Below, one piece after another: positions 49,697-61,788 of a stretch of DNA of 64,000 bases; positions within the stretch are counted from its first letter, which is position 1, and each line of letters opens with the position of its first letter. A program made the position numbers and the translations under genes. This stretch comes from Oikopleura dioica. Taxonomy: Eukaryota > Animalia > Chordata. The DNA is taken from contig OU015568.1 of assembly GCA_907165135.1 (NCBI GenBank), positions 10,478,001 through 10,542,000 on the forward strand, read 5' to 3'. The notes under the pieces are model-generated. The model was not told where the DNA came from, did not search any database, and worked only from the letters and a program-made list of their open reading frames with translations.

Positions 49697-51050
49697 TCAA
49701 GGATTTCGCGTCGTATTGAGCATTTGACAGTACAACAAGTGGTCGTCACCCGAGACGCCCGAAAAATCGAATGTCTGCAGAGTTGGGAGAATGTAAAGAA
49801 TAAAGAGCCTGTAGTTGGGCAGATTATCGATTGGATTCCCATGCAGAGTTAAGCGTTTCAACTTGGTTAGACTTCGGAGTTTCTTGACTTCATTCAAAGA
49901 GCTAGGAATGAGTGTTAATAGGAGAGTGGAAGGAGGAGACTTACTTTATTTGATTTCCATGGAGATAAAGTGAACGAATATTGGGAAATTGTTCGAAGGA
50001 AGCGTCGATTTTGTGAATTTCGTTAAAACTAAGGTCAACTGATTGTAAAGCATTGAAAGCGTTGTTGATGATGAACTCCATCGCTGTTGAAAAGCCCGTC
50101 AGCTCGACGAAGATATTATTCGAAAGCTAAAAAACCGTAAATTATCCAATGGAAATTTCTCAAACTTGGCCACTAGTTGATTAGCTACGCAAGTTTATTC
50201 AAATATCTAATTTGAAATTTTTCATCGGTGAAAATCCTTTTTATGGCTATCTTTGGCGAAAAAATGCGTCAAAACTCTCCCCGGAGGGTGTTTTCGAAAA
50301 TTTCTAGAAAGTCGAAATTCTCTAGAATCGAAGTTGTTGTGAGGGCTCGGCGCGCAAAGCGCTTCATTCCGAAAAGTGAATTTTCGGGTCCACACCAAAG
50401 TCTTTCACAGGTAATTTATCGCAAATTTATTTTTTAACAATTTTTTTTACTTCTATAACAATTTCTAACAGTATTTATTCTAGGGCACGATTCTCCTGGC
50501 CGCCTTGCAGAAGTTTGCGGCCAGAAAATTTCCCGAAATGGGATTCAATCCTAGGGTTTTCTAGAGAACGGCAGATAAATCGCAGCAGATACTCTGTCGT
50601 TCCTAGAGAACCACAATTCGTCACATCTAAGAAGATTGAAGAAAATCTCAAGTTCTTCTTAGGTGTGGAGAATAATAATTCATGAACTCCTCACACGAAG
50701 AGTTCACGAAAAAACAATTTTTTAAAAACTTCTAAAGATAGCTCTTCTCGAAAAACACAAAAAGAGAGGAGCTATCTTTTTGTGTCTTCTTTTATTTTCT
50801 TTCAGGTCAAAAAATCGGGGTAGTGAGTGGTCGCTGGTAGATTTTTGGTTGAATTGAGACTTGGTTATTGTGAGTGTTGGAAGCTTGAGTTGGTACTTAC
50901 TCTAATAGACGCTGTGTTGTATTTGCCATCTGATCTCTTTTTGACGTGTACACTTTCTCGTGGTTGAACTTCCTGGAGATCTTTCATGTTCGACAGGAAG
51001 AGAAACGAGAAATCGACCGGGTCGGACGTCTCCGGTCGATTTGTGATCAT
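49697..51050 (-). CDS. LRRC51: Leucine-rich repeat protein 51
   Basis: PVDFSF...QPR...SIR|LSNN, SVDLSFNEI, SLYLHGNQI, LTLHGNPI...YRLFIL...FDFSGV. First intron is about 775 nt. Confidence 0.85.
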
Positions 51051-51239
51051 CGAAAGTCTGCTTTCCCTCATCCTAAACAGTCAATTAGCTTTGAAGTCCC
51101 TGAAGAACTCACCTTTTTGAGGATTTACAGCAGCTCTTCGACGAAAATTTACAATTTCAAACTAATCTCTGTTAAAAAATTTGATCCGTAAACAAATAAT
51201 GTTCTAGAAACTTCATGCGAGGTATGAAAATTCATAAAT

Positions 51240-53435
51240 TTATTCAATATAAATTCCATCTTCATTTCGTTCAGTTGGAGGATCTGGTTTAATGTAAGTA
51301 CCGTCGGCTCGTTTTCTTTCTCGGTCGAGCTTTTCTTCGATTCGCTCGTGGTTGTGGTAGATGTTCCATCCTTCGGGCATGAACTGTGGATCCATAACGT
51401 CGAGGAAGTGTTGTCGCCACTCGACTTCGAAGTTTTTAACTTCTTCGATTCCGCCACTTTCCATCAAAGACCTAAGATAAAGGTTAGAAAAGATCTATAA
51501 AAAAGCCTCTTACGTAACGACTTTTTCCCCGTGTTGGACAAAATTCTGCGCGTCGCTTTCATTCCCAGCCAAAACTGGCAAGTCCGATGCTTTCTGCTCA
51601 AGTTCTGAATTCCATTCTTCTGCGCCGAAGAACTTCATGATGATAGATTCGAGCTCTTTCACCCGCTTTTCTGGCAGCTTGTTGCGGCTCTTGATAAGAG
51701 CATTTCCTCCTGATCGTACATTTCTTCGATCTTTTGGCTCCAGAATCGCTTTCGCTAGATCAGCGTTTCCAAGTGGCGCGTCGAATTTGGTCGCGATTCT
51801 AGCTCTTTTCTTGGATAAAAAAGGGGTAGGAGGCTAAAGCCTATAGGTTGAAGTTAAGTGATAAAGTTTTTTAGTTCTGGAATTTTTTCATCCTTTCCTT
51901 TTCAAATAATCCAACTCATTCGATCTTCCGTGGCATCTGAGACAGAGCAGGACAACGTCATGCGAGACGTGGCATTTCATGACAATTGGAAAGTGCTTTC
52001 GATACTCTCTTGGGACGACGTTCTTCCTCAAGAGCCCGTCTTTCTCGTTGCAGACGACGCAAACGTTTTCTTTCTCTGTGACGTAGTATTTTTCAGAGTC
52101 GGTATTTGGTCTTCCGGAGGGTTCGAATTTGAGCTTGACGATGAAGCTCGTTTCTGTATCTTCAACCAATTCTCCTAGGCCCTTCTTGACGTACCTAAAA
52201 CAAACTTTACAGAAGAAGTTGGGTGGTCGGTTACCAATCTGCTTTCTTCTTATCAGTTATCGATAGGACTTCTCCATCAGGGGCGAGCAATTTAACGCAG
52301 TTATTGTACAACGGTTCTTTTCTCACAGAAGCAGACTGAGGGTTGAAGTAGTCAGAGCCATAATCTCTTGAAAAATATGTAAAAAACAGCTTTAAAATTG
52401 AGCCCCTACCTGGTTTCCAGTCGACGCTTGACCTTTTCTTCTAGCGCATTTTGGCCTATTTTGCCAGCTTCTTCTTTGTTACTTTTTGCTGGTTTTGCTT
52501 TTGCCTTGAAGACGGTGTTCTTGTATTCATTCACAAAGTATTGGACTCGTGATTCTCCTAGTTCTTGCATCAATTTCCCTAAAATCTAAATAAAACCTTA
52601 ATTTTCCCTTTCATTTCTTCTCACATTTTTATAGAATACGCAGAAATATACAAAAGCTTTACCTGAAGAGCACAAACAGCATCATCAGCTGCGTAAGTCT
52701 TTTGCTGCTCTGAAAGAACTTCAGCTTCCCAATTAGAACAGCGCACTCGATAGTCTTTGTTCAGTTTTCTTCCTAGAATTTGACGGGTAAGATTTGCCAG
52801 ACCACCGTTTTGATACTTCGTCGCAGGGATGATTTGGCGAAGGTCGAAGAAACTACCATTTCATAAAAACTGACGAGAAAAATGTGGATTTTCACCTGAT
52901 GGTCGAAGGATGAAAAATAACAAAATCAACTTCTTGGAGTCGTTTAAAATCGCCATCGATTCCACAGCCAAGCTTTACGACATCCTCATCGCGCAAAAAT
53001 GACATCAGCTCGTAGCATACTCTGATGTCAACTTTCGAAAGGCGAATGAGAAAGCACTTGATGCCGACTTGTGTGCAGACGGATATTTGCATGAGGGCGG
53101 TTTTGTTTTTGCCCACCCATTCGCAATCGAGGCCGACGTAGTTACAGTAACCACGACAGTGGCTGTAGATTTCCTTTATTGCACGGCGGACTATTCTTGA
53201 GTTATAAAACTTCAATCTTCCAATTCATTTGAAAACTTCAATAATCAAGCTATTCAAAACTCATTTCTTGTCCGGGAGTAGAAGCAATGGTAATCATTGA
53301 ATCTGATATTCTTCCAAGTGACAAATTTTCGAACCATTTCTCTATTTTTTCCTGCTTTCCTTCTTTCCCTTTTTCTTGCTTCCACAGATAAAACGCCAAC
53401 CCCGCTACTGCGACGGCGACAATATTTCTCTCCAT
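51240..53435 (-). CDS. EXD2: Exonuclease 3'-5' domain-containing 2
   Basis: N-terminal TM, VGLDCEWVG, SNWEA...YAADDA, ENVCVVC...RKNVVPREYRKHFP...SHDVVLLCLRCH and WRQHFLDVMDP. Confidence 0.92.
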
Positions 53436-53899
53436 CTCTTTTCAACTAACGCTTTCCAAATTTCAAAGAGCGCTCGGCCAATGAGCGCACGCTGAGAATT
53501 TCTTGAGACAGTTGGAATCGTTCAAAAATTGAGACTCACAATTCAATTCAACTAAATGCGTACAAAATCGGTAGGGTTCCTCTTTTTCCCCTTTTTGGCC
53601 ACGTAGCCTTATTCAACCAGTAAATCTGGAAAGTCTACAAGGCGTACAGAATTTTCCAGAATGTACACTTTTCATAAGACTTCGTGGGCCACGAATCGTG
53701 GCCACAAATATGTTAGAGGACCTCCTCCACCATGGGAGGCCTGGATAGAAAATGGCTGTAGGGATTCTTTATTCATCCCAGTTACGTAAGACAGTCAGTA
53801 AAAACGGTCTGAAACATTGAGCGAATGTTTAAGCACAGTAAGATCGTCTAAAAGCTTGAATCAGGATAAGTTGTTGTCGTTCTCATTAGAGGAGATCCG

Positions 53900-54511
53900 T
53901 TAGAATAAAACAGTTACTTCAGCAGATTCTTCATCTTCATATTCATCGTAGTAATCATCATCAGCCGTTTCATCGAGCTCCATATCTATACTCGTGCAGA
54001 TTCCTTCGATGCATTCCAGGTCCATATCGCACATATCATCTCCAGGGTTCAGGCTTGTCTTGCATTTTTCTCCTGAAGGGCTTTCATAAGAAATGTCTAT
54101 ATTATAGCAAAATGATGGAAAATTATGCCTACCACTACTTTATATGAAGTCTCTTACCTTCTGCTAAAGCACAGACTTTTACGCAGAATACTACATCATA
54201 GATTTTCTTTTCGCATTCTTTTTGATTTTCCAGCTCTTCCATCTTCTCCTCTATTTTTCTGTATTTTTCATTCAACTAAATTTCATGTTAGTTAGCTAGA
54301 TTTTTCACTCTATCTCTTGTTGTCTATCTTGTTTTGATTTCTGGGGGATCATCATTTTTATGTTTCGATAGCTTACCCTTGTATTGTTTATCGAAATGTT
54401 ATCCATCATGCTAGACTCATGTATCGTCTTCATATATTCAAAACATGAGAGTGTTTGAGCGTCGGTAGCAATCGCGAAAACAAGAAAATAATTAAAAGCC
54501 GTTCTCATCAT
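53900..54511 (-). CDS. Hypothetical secreted protein: signal peptide, short coiled-coil, small Cys module, acidic tail
   Basis: MMRTAFNYFLVFAIATDA signal. Exons joined by GT-AG introns. Last exon CKTSLNPGDDMCDMDLECIEGICT followed by a D/E-rich tail. Confidence 0.6.
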
Positions 54512-55348
54512 TTCCCTCTCTCAGTCAACTATTATTTTGTCTGGCAGAATCTACCGGTCCCTGCGACGTAATCGTTCCAGTAGGGGCGCCTCATGCAAAT
54601 CCCTATCAGACCACCCTATCACTGAAGCATTTCGACGAACATTCTCGCCATCACACCAAGAGCTCCTACCAACACGATTTGAACTTCAACTTCTGTAAAG
54701 CGAGATAATTATCTTACTTTACTCGATTAGAAAACGAGTAATTTTTAGCCCTAGAAATGAAAGAAATGAAGTAGTCAGATGAGCTGTACTCACAACTACT
54801 GAAATCAACGATGACTATTTTTGTGCCCATTTTTTATCTTTAAAAAATTGGTATTTCGAGAAAAAAGGATGAATATATTTAAATAACCGTTTCATTAAAA
54901 CAATCATAAATGATTGCTTCTTGATCAAAGCGCTTTCAATCGAGAATGACGAGACGTGACGCCTTTAATTTTCCTATCAAAATTCTCCTCAACGCTTATC
55001 ATTCAAGTCTGCTTATAAACTGCTTACTTACTGTTTTTTCAGTAAGCTGACTACATTTTCGTATTCTCATGCGCGATCAAACTGCGAGTAAAGCTTTTCA
55101 TGAACTTGTTGCGATGTCGAATCGGGTTCTTACAGACGATCCCCAGTAATAATGATATCATAAAGATGAAAGCGTGAAACCGCGTGGAATAGGCAGCGGT
55201 GAAATTAACATGTGTCAATCTTTGTCAAATTTGAAATTGTTTGCCCAGGGGCACTTCCACCCTCCACCACCGACCACAACACCGTACACCGGAAACAAAC
55301 GAAACAGTAAAAAATTTCATTCCACATCATCGTAACTTTTGACTTTCC

Positions 55349-58300
55349 ATGTTCAACAAATTCAAAAAGGGTCAAAAGGACCCGCTGAAGAGTCTCAATC
55401 ATTATAAGAATAAGAATCATGAGAGAACTTCGACCGCGCCTTATGATCAAAATAGAAATCCGCACAGGCATGGATTAATTGTAAGCCCATTTTTATTTTG
55501 TTTCCGTAAATAATTCAAGAATCCAAAATAAGACAGTATGCGGGGACGAATTCTTCTTCTCAGGTAAAAAGGAGCTATAATAAGGATTTCTCATTGCTTA
55601 GATGAAAACGACGACGACAAAAACAACTGCTAATGAAATGCGATTCATCGGTCCACGTTCTCATTTAGAGGAAGAACATCCTGTAGATATGGTGGCGCTG
55701 AATTTAACAAATAGGAACAGGAAAGAAGCGGGTCCGCTTGGAGGACTGCGGGAGCAGTACGAACATGTCCGGGGAAAAGTGGGTGAATTGGACAATATTG
55801 GGAACTTAGGAAAATGGGTTTAACTTTTTCGTCGCAGATTTTTATTTTCGATTTTGTTGAAATGATAGAACCCGTACTTGGGCAGCCAGCTGAGCTTCGA
55901 GCAGCGAGAAACGCTCCTGTACTTTGAAGAAATTGTATCTGGGAAAGGTGGTGGAATGTTCGAGGAGTCCGAAGAGGATTCTGACTACTCGGAGGACAAC
56001 CGCAAAACTAAATCAAAGGTATTTTTTAACATTCCCGGGCGATTTTTTCAATATAAGAAATATTTTTAGAGGAACAGAAAATCCTCAGAGAAGAACTCCA
56101 GGGACACGAAAGAAAAAGATTATGATCGTGGACGGTCTCGGTATGATTCTCCGGATAGAGGAAACGACAGACCTCAGGAATGTTTTCATCCGTTTTGGGA
56201 CAATTCTTCGGGGCGTTTTTGACCCAAGAAACGTAAGATTGAAACTTAATCGCAGCTGAAACGGTACACGTTGATGAACGATGACGAAGAATTTAACGCA
56301 TCGCCGAACGAATATTACACGGATTCCGAAGAGGAGGAAAATCACCAGAAGGACAGGCGAAATCACCAGGTCAAAGTGAGTCCTTCTCTTCTCAATAACT
56401 AGCTTTAGAAATTTCGATTATCGGAGAAATGAGAAATTATGAAAGAGCATAATAAATACGGTTGCGGGTTATGATTCAGCGGATTGACTCTCTCTCTTGA
56501 AAATAAATCATCTTCAGCTTGAATCGAACTCGCGCCGGTGTGACCTCGCATTACTTTGCACCTGCATTAGATTACACATTTTTTCTAAACTATTCTTATA
56601 GCTTTATAACATTTTTAAAGGAAGAAGGATCGAGCTTTGGACGAGACCAGATCGTCAATGCTTCTGTTTTACGACCGTCTCGGTCGAGACATGAGCCGAC
56701 GAACATGCAAGACGAGGACGTTACGCCAGGGAACGCGATGAACTTCTTCAAGCAAATGGCGAAGAAGAATAACGCCGGTGGAGGAGTCGTAGGAGGATCA
56801 GCTGTGCCAGCTTCTGTCTCATCTGCGGCATCGATGTTTGGAGGACAAGTTCGAAGGACAATGTCACGTGGCGAGAATCGCGACAACTCCGCGCCAGTTG
56901 GAATTTCAAAGATGAAATCCGTCGCCAGAGAACGATCGGAGAGCAGAGACCGGACGAACCACAGAAACCGATCAATTGAGCGAACGCGAACCCGCGGAGA
57001 GTCTCGCGAGCGCACCCGAATTACGCAACGTGGCGAAAGAATGAGTTTTAAATTCGAAATTAGCATTAATTCTAAACGACCATCGCTACTTGCCGGACCT
57101 CAAATATGTCAAAGGCGAATGCGCTAAAACACACAGTTCTTTTAACTCGTAAAAAGTCGGGATAGACGAGGTGGCCGGGCGGAGAGTCGAGATCGAAGAG
57201 ATAGAAGCATCGATAGAAGAGATGCCGCAATGTCGATCCGTCGGTCGGAATCGAGAACTGTTCGGGAACCAAGCAGAGATCGCGATTACTCCGTCGGTAA
57301 GTTTCTAACACGTGCGGCGCAAATTTAATATATTTGGGTAGTTTGCTGTATTTAACCATCTTTAGACCGGGAAAAGAGAAGAAGAGATCGCTCAAAGGAT
57401 CCAGAAAGAAAACGACGAGATAGAAGGTTTCTTTCTTAATTTGATGAATGACTCAATTTTAATTTCAGTGAAACTCGGGAGAAACGTAGAGAGCGAGAAA
57501 CTTCTGAAGAAAGAAAAGAAAGAAGGAGACGTCGGCGGTCGAAATCGCGAAATCGTGATGCTTCTACTCTGGATAGTAAGAAATTTTGAAAGCAAAGTTG
57601 TTTTATGACTTGTTTCTAGTTAATGGTGAAGTTGAACTCGACGAAGAGCGAGAAGAACGGCGAAGAAGAAGACGAGAACGTCGCGAGCGGGAACGTGAAG
57701 AACGAGATCCCGACGAAACAAAAGAGGAACGCAGGGAACGGTAAGATAAAATATTGTGGGTAGAATTCCTAAGTAGATTCAAATCCGCATCTTTGAATTC
57801 CGGTTTATTCCAGCGCACATAAATAAGGCTGAAATTTAGAAGGCGGAAGCGCTCAGAGTCGAAATCGCGTCGGACTACGGATGGCATGAGCCGCCAAATG
57901 AGCAAAATGACGCTCAACGACGACGCTGATGGACTTGACGTAAGTTCCATCTTGATAAACAAATGCTCATCCACCGATTTAGGCTGAAGAAAGAAGAGAA
58001 AGACGACGGGAGAAGAAACGCCGCTCTCGCTCAAAGATCAGATCAAAGGATCCGAGCGAGATCCCCGCTGATGATCTCGAAGCGCTCATCAAAGGTACCG
58101 TAAAGGATCAAGTGCTCAACCTTTTTTTCATTGAACACTTTCCCTGACACGACAAACGCATTTGAAGTTGATTATTCAACACGACCGTGATATCGATTTC
58201 GAACTTGAATAATTCAAGTCATCAAGTCAAAGTTTTCAAACGATTTGAAAATTAGTTTGAACGGCGAATTAACATATTCTAGCGTCTCACCGCGCGCGAG

Positions 58301-58416
58301 ATCGATCTACTGATGGGCAGATCCGGCGGAAGAAGAAAACACGTGATCCTTCTACGAAACGGAATCGAAACCGCCACCACGACCAGAGTACCGAACGTCC
58401 TTCTGCGCAAGTTTAA
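55349..58416 (+). CDS. Hypothetical multi-exon Arg/Glu/Ser-rich low-complexity protein
   Basis: Chain of open, purine-rich exons separated by AT-rich short introns, from MFNKFKKGQK to TERPSAQV*. Several junctions are uncertain. Confidence 0.55.
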
Positions 58417-59525
58417 CCTTTCCGCCGCTCTTCAAAGCGTAATATTTTCACTCTACACGTTCGCCGCAATCTACTTTCACTTTGAAACTTTTCCGATTAT
58501 TTAAAAGACCTTGATGTTCTCATACTTAGTTTATTCGATTTGTTCACTGTTATTCAAATAAAATACTGTTTTTGCACGAAGGAATTGTTGATGTAATTTG
58601 CGTAGGAAAAGATAATATTTGCTACTTGCTAATCTAATTGACCAGTTCTGAATTCAAGAGTAATAATTTAAATGAAGCCTTTGAAGCAAGTTTAATTGCC
58701 GCCTGGTGAGTTAGTCGAAAATTTATTTATGGAGAAAATGAAGAAAAACGAATATTTTATCCGGTTTTAAATCGAGCTGATGAAGAGAAGAATATATACT
58801 TATTTTTACTGCTGGAAAGAAAAAATGATAAACCTTTTTTTTGCGTGAAAATTTGTTTATTTTGTCAGATTAGAATAGTTTGAGAATCTTGCTTTTTGAA
58901 AACTTCATGTTGCACATCGGACATTTTAAATTAGCGGCAGAGTTTTTTCGAAGCATCTTTTCAAAGCATTGAAGGCAATTTTGGTGGCCACATACAGTCA
59001 GGCACAGGGGTGGATATTTTGATATCAAATCATTATTTCAACCGTTTTTGATTTGAAATTTCAAAAGATAAGCCTTTTTTCAACTCATTTTCGCAATTGC
59101 AGATTCATTTCAAATGATAATGACGCCGAGCCTTTTTTGAAATTTTCAACTGTTTCATTTTGCATTTTGCGAAAGGTTTTCAAATCTGGACAGATTTTTT
59201 CAATCTTTTTTCATTTTTCAAATCAATTTCAAATTGCTGAGCCTTGGAGGACACTGGGGGACACGATGCGTTGAAGAGGTATAAAAAGTGAAGTTAGACT
59301 CATAAATTATAGAAAAAAGGAAAATATTCTTCAAAGGTACCAATTTTGGTCGACTTCCCGAACTTTGTACCACCTCCTAGATGTTCCGGGACAAGGAATT
59401 CTTGTGCTCAAAATTACCGTCATAGCCTGAGCTACACGCTGGAACATGTGGGGAAGGGTTCCTCTCGTGGCCATTTCGAGAAATGTACCTCTCGTGGTCA
59501 TGCACCTCTCGTGGCCATATACCAA

Positions 59526-60662
59526 GGGTACACCACCTCAGACACAGAGGCCGAAAAATAAATTTTTCACACAGAAGGACTTTGACTATTGGAAAAATAT
59601 AATTACTGTAGAGCTCTTTATCGATAAGCTTTCTCCTGGTTATCCTTTTAGCACTCTCGGTTAGGGTTTGGAAATCGGCGTATTTTGAGAATTACTGCAT
59701 GCACCTCCTGAGGTGCATGGCTAGAATGACGGATGCACCTCCTGAGGTGTTTTTGGCGGGTAGGCTAGTGATTTTCCGCCGAAAAAAAGAAAATCTCTTC
59801 CCCACTCACTAGAAATTTGCAGTCAACTAAATATGCTCATTACACATAATCAGAGTTGTACATTTGCATAGCTGACGGCTCCGCTCCGCTCCGCTACGGG
59901 AAAAAAATTCTTTGCTCAGCTCCGCTACGCTCAGCTACAGTAAAGAAAATTTCTACCAGCTCCGCTACGCTTAGCTTAACTTTCCACTCAGCTCCGCTAT
60001 CTAAGCTCAGCTACCGCTACTAAGCTGACTAAGTTTGGGCTCTTTTCTGTGTAAAATAAGGCCCCTTTCTCTGTAAAATAAGGCCCCTCTTTGTGTAAAA
60101 AAGGCCCTAACCCTGTTTCTGTCCCTGACTAAAGACAGGCCTATTTTTCCTGGTCAGGGCCTGAGCTGAGACAGGTTCCTGTGTAGTTACGTCAGGAAAC
60201 AGACTTCAATAACCTAGATTGGATGAATTACCATAAGAATTTTTGGGAAAAACATGCCAAAAAAATTGCTGAATTTACAGAAATATTACTTTTTACAAGC
60301 ATATATTCTGTCTAAGTGATAGATTTTAGTAGTTTTCGAATGAATGGACCCGACTTTCTTACCAATTTTCCGATCGGATAATCGTATCCAATTTTACCGA
60401 TCGAAACTGATTATACCGATCGGACAAGACCAAATTTTCGTTGCCTCGTCCGACCAATTACCGATCCGATTCCGATCGGACCGAATTTCCGATCGGATTC
60501 CGATCCGATTGGGCAACCCTGACCCTAACCGAGAGTGCTAAAAGGATCACCAGGAGAAAGCTTTAGATAAAGAGCTCTACAGTTATTTTATTTTTCCAAT
60601 AGTCAAAGTCCTTCTGTGTAAAAAAATTATTTTTCGACCTCTGTGTCTGAGGTGGTGTACCC
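59526..60662. mobile_element. Pair of ~140-bp inverted repeats inside the hAT element
   Basis: 59526-59667 (GGGTACACCACCTCAGACACAGAGG...CTCTCGGTTAGGGT) closely matches the reverse complement of about 60522-60662. No TSD found. Confidence 0.7.
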
Positions 60663-61160
60663 AGGCGGGGTAAGGTAAAGCATGAAAATTGTGTAAAAAT
60701 CATTGAGCTGAGCTGAGCGAAGCGATAATTTTCTGAGCTGAGCTGAGCATTTTCAAAAATCACTGAGTTGAGCTGATCTCCGTTTGCTCAACAAGACCGC
60801 TCAGCCGCTCGCTCAACTTGAGATCAGTGAGCGGTTGAGCGGTAAGTCAACACTTTCTTTAGTGTTTTTGGTGAGTAAATGAAGAAAATAATAAAAGAAA
60901 TTATTAGAAATAATTGGTCAAAACACTTCTTACAGATTTTTTACACTCTTCAGCCGCATTTTGGAAATTTATGTCAAACACTAGTCGACACTCAAAATAA
61001 AAACTTAAAAAGTATTTTTTGAGGAAAAAAATACACTGCTTACAGTCCTCTTGCTCAAAGTCTGCTCGCTCAGCTCACGGCTGTTTTTGTCAAAACGCTC
61101 AACCGCTCGCTCCGCTCAAAAATTTTAAGCGGTCGACCGCTGAGCCGTTCGCTCAGCTCA
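59870..61160. repeat. Several short-motif arrays typical of TIR-element subterminal regions
   Basis: GCTCCGCTAC/GCTCAGCT array at 59870-60030. Three copies of CTGTGTAAAATAAGGCCCCT-like at 60045-60106. CCGATCGG array at 60370-60510 ending in GGGCAACCCTG. TGAGCTGAGC/GCTCA arrays at 60700-61160. Confidence 0.7.
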
Positions 61161-61194
61161 ATATTCTTTCGACGAAAATTGGAACCCTAATTTC

Positions 61195-61520
61195 TTCAAT
61201 CCTAGCTTCACCGACTTCAATCATAGCAACTCTAATGTCAATCCCGGGTTCTTCGACGTCAATCCCGGCGTCATTAGTTTCAATCTAGGTTTTACCAACG
61301 TCAATCTAATCTTGGAGAAGCCATGATCGACATTCAAGAAGCAATTATAGAGAACTGAGAAGCTGGGACTGGCATCTGAGAAGCTAGGATTGAAGAAAGT
61401 GACGCCCGAATTGTTGTTTGAGCCACCAGGATTGACGTATGTATAGCGAGGATCGAAGTTATTAAACACGGGATGAAAGTTGGTGAAGCCAGGATTAGCT
61501 GTGGAGAAGCCAAGAAAATA
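61195..61520. repeat. Degenerate 21-bp repeat encoding xNPGFxx heptads, as two convergent arms
   Basis: Plus arm 61195-61310 reads FNPSFTD FNHSNSN VNPGFFD VNPGVIS FNLGFTN VNL. Minus arm 61520-61311 reads YFLGFST ANPGFTN FHPVFNN FDPRYTY VNPGGSN NNSGVTF FNPSFSD ASPSFSV LYNCFLN VDHGFSK. Confidence 0.75.
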
Positions 61521-61788
61521 AAGTTATATGATCAATCAATTTTGGTAAAGCAACTAACTCAAAAGAAAAAAATCTCGCATTTCCCATAATCCAAATTGGC
61601 GATTAAAAGTATTACGGGATTTTCAGAAATTTAGGATTTTAAAAATACGGGATTTTGGGAAATGCGGGAGTCAAAAAGGGATGGCAGGCGCGCTGAGTTT
61701 TTCCTTTTGCGCCTTCTTCAAATTTGCAACGATTCATTTTTTCAATTTCATTTTTCAAATTCCTTTCAAGTCGCTAAACAAGAAAAAC

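Noticed and set aside
50228-50570. Nested plus-strand two-exon gene in the LRRC51 intron
   Set aside because: A GT-AG join is possible, but the product is short, has no motif and lacks other support.
59659-60530. Interstitial telomere or telomerase RNA template
   Set aside because: Only isolated TTAGGG/CCCTAA copies occur, at repeat ends. There is no array and no 1.5-repeat template context.
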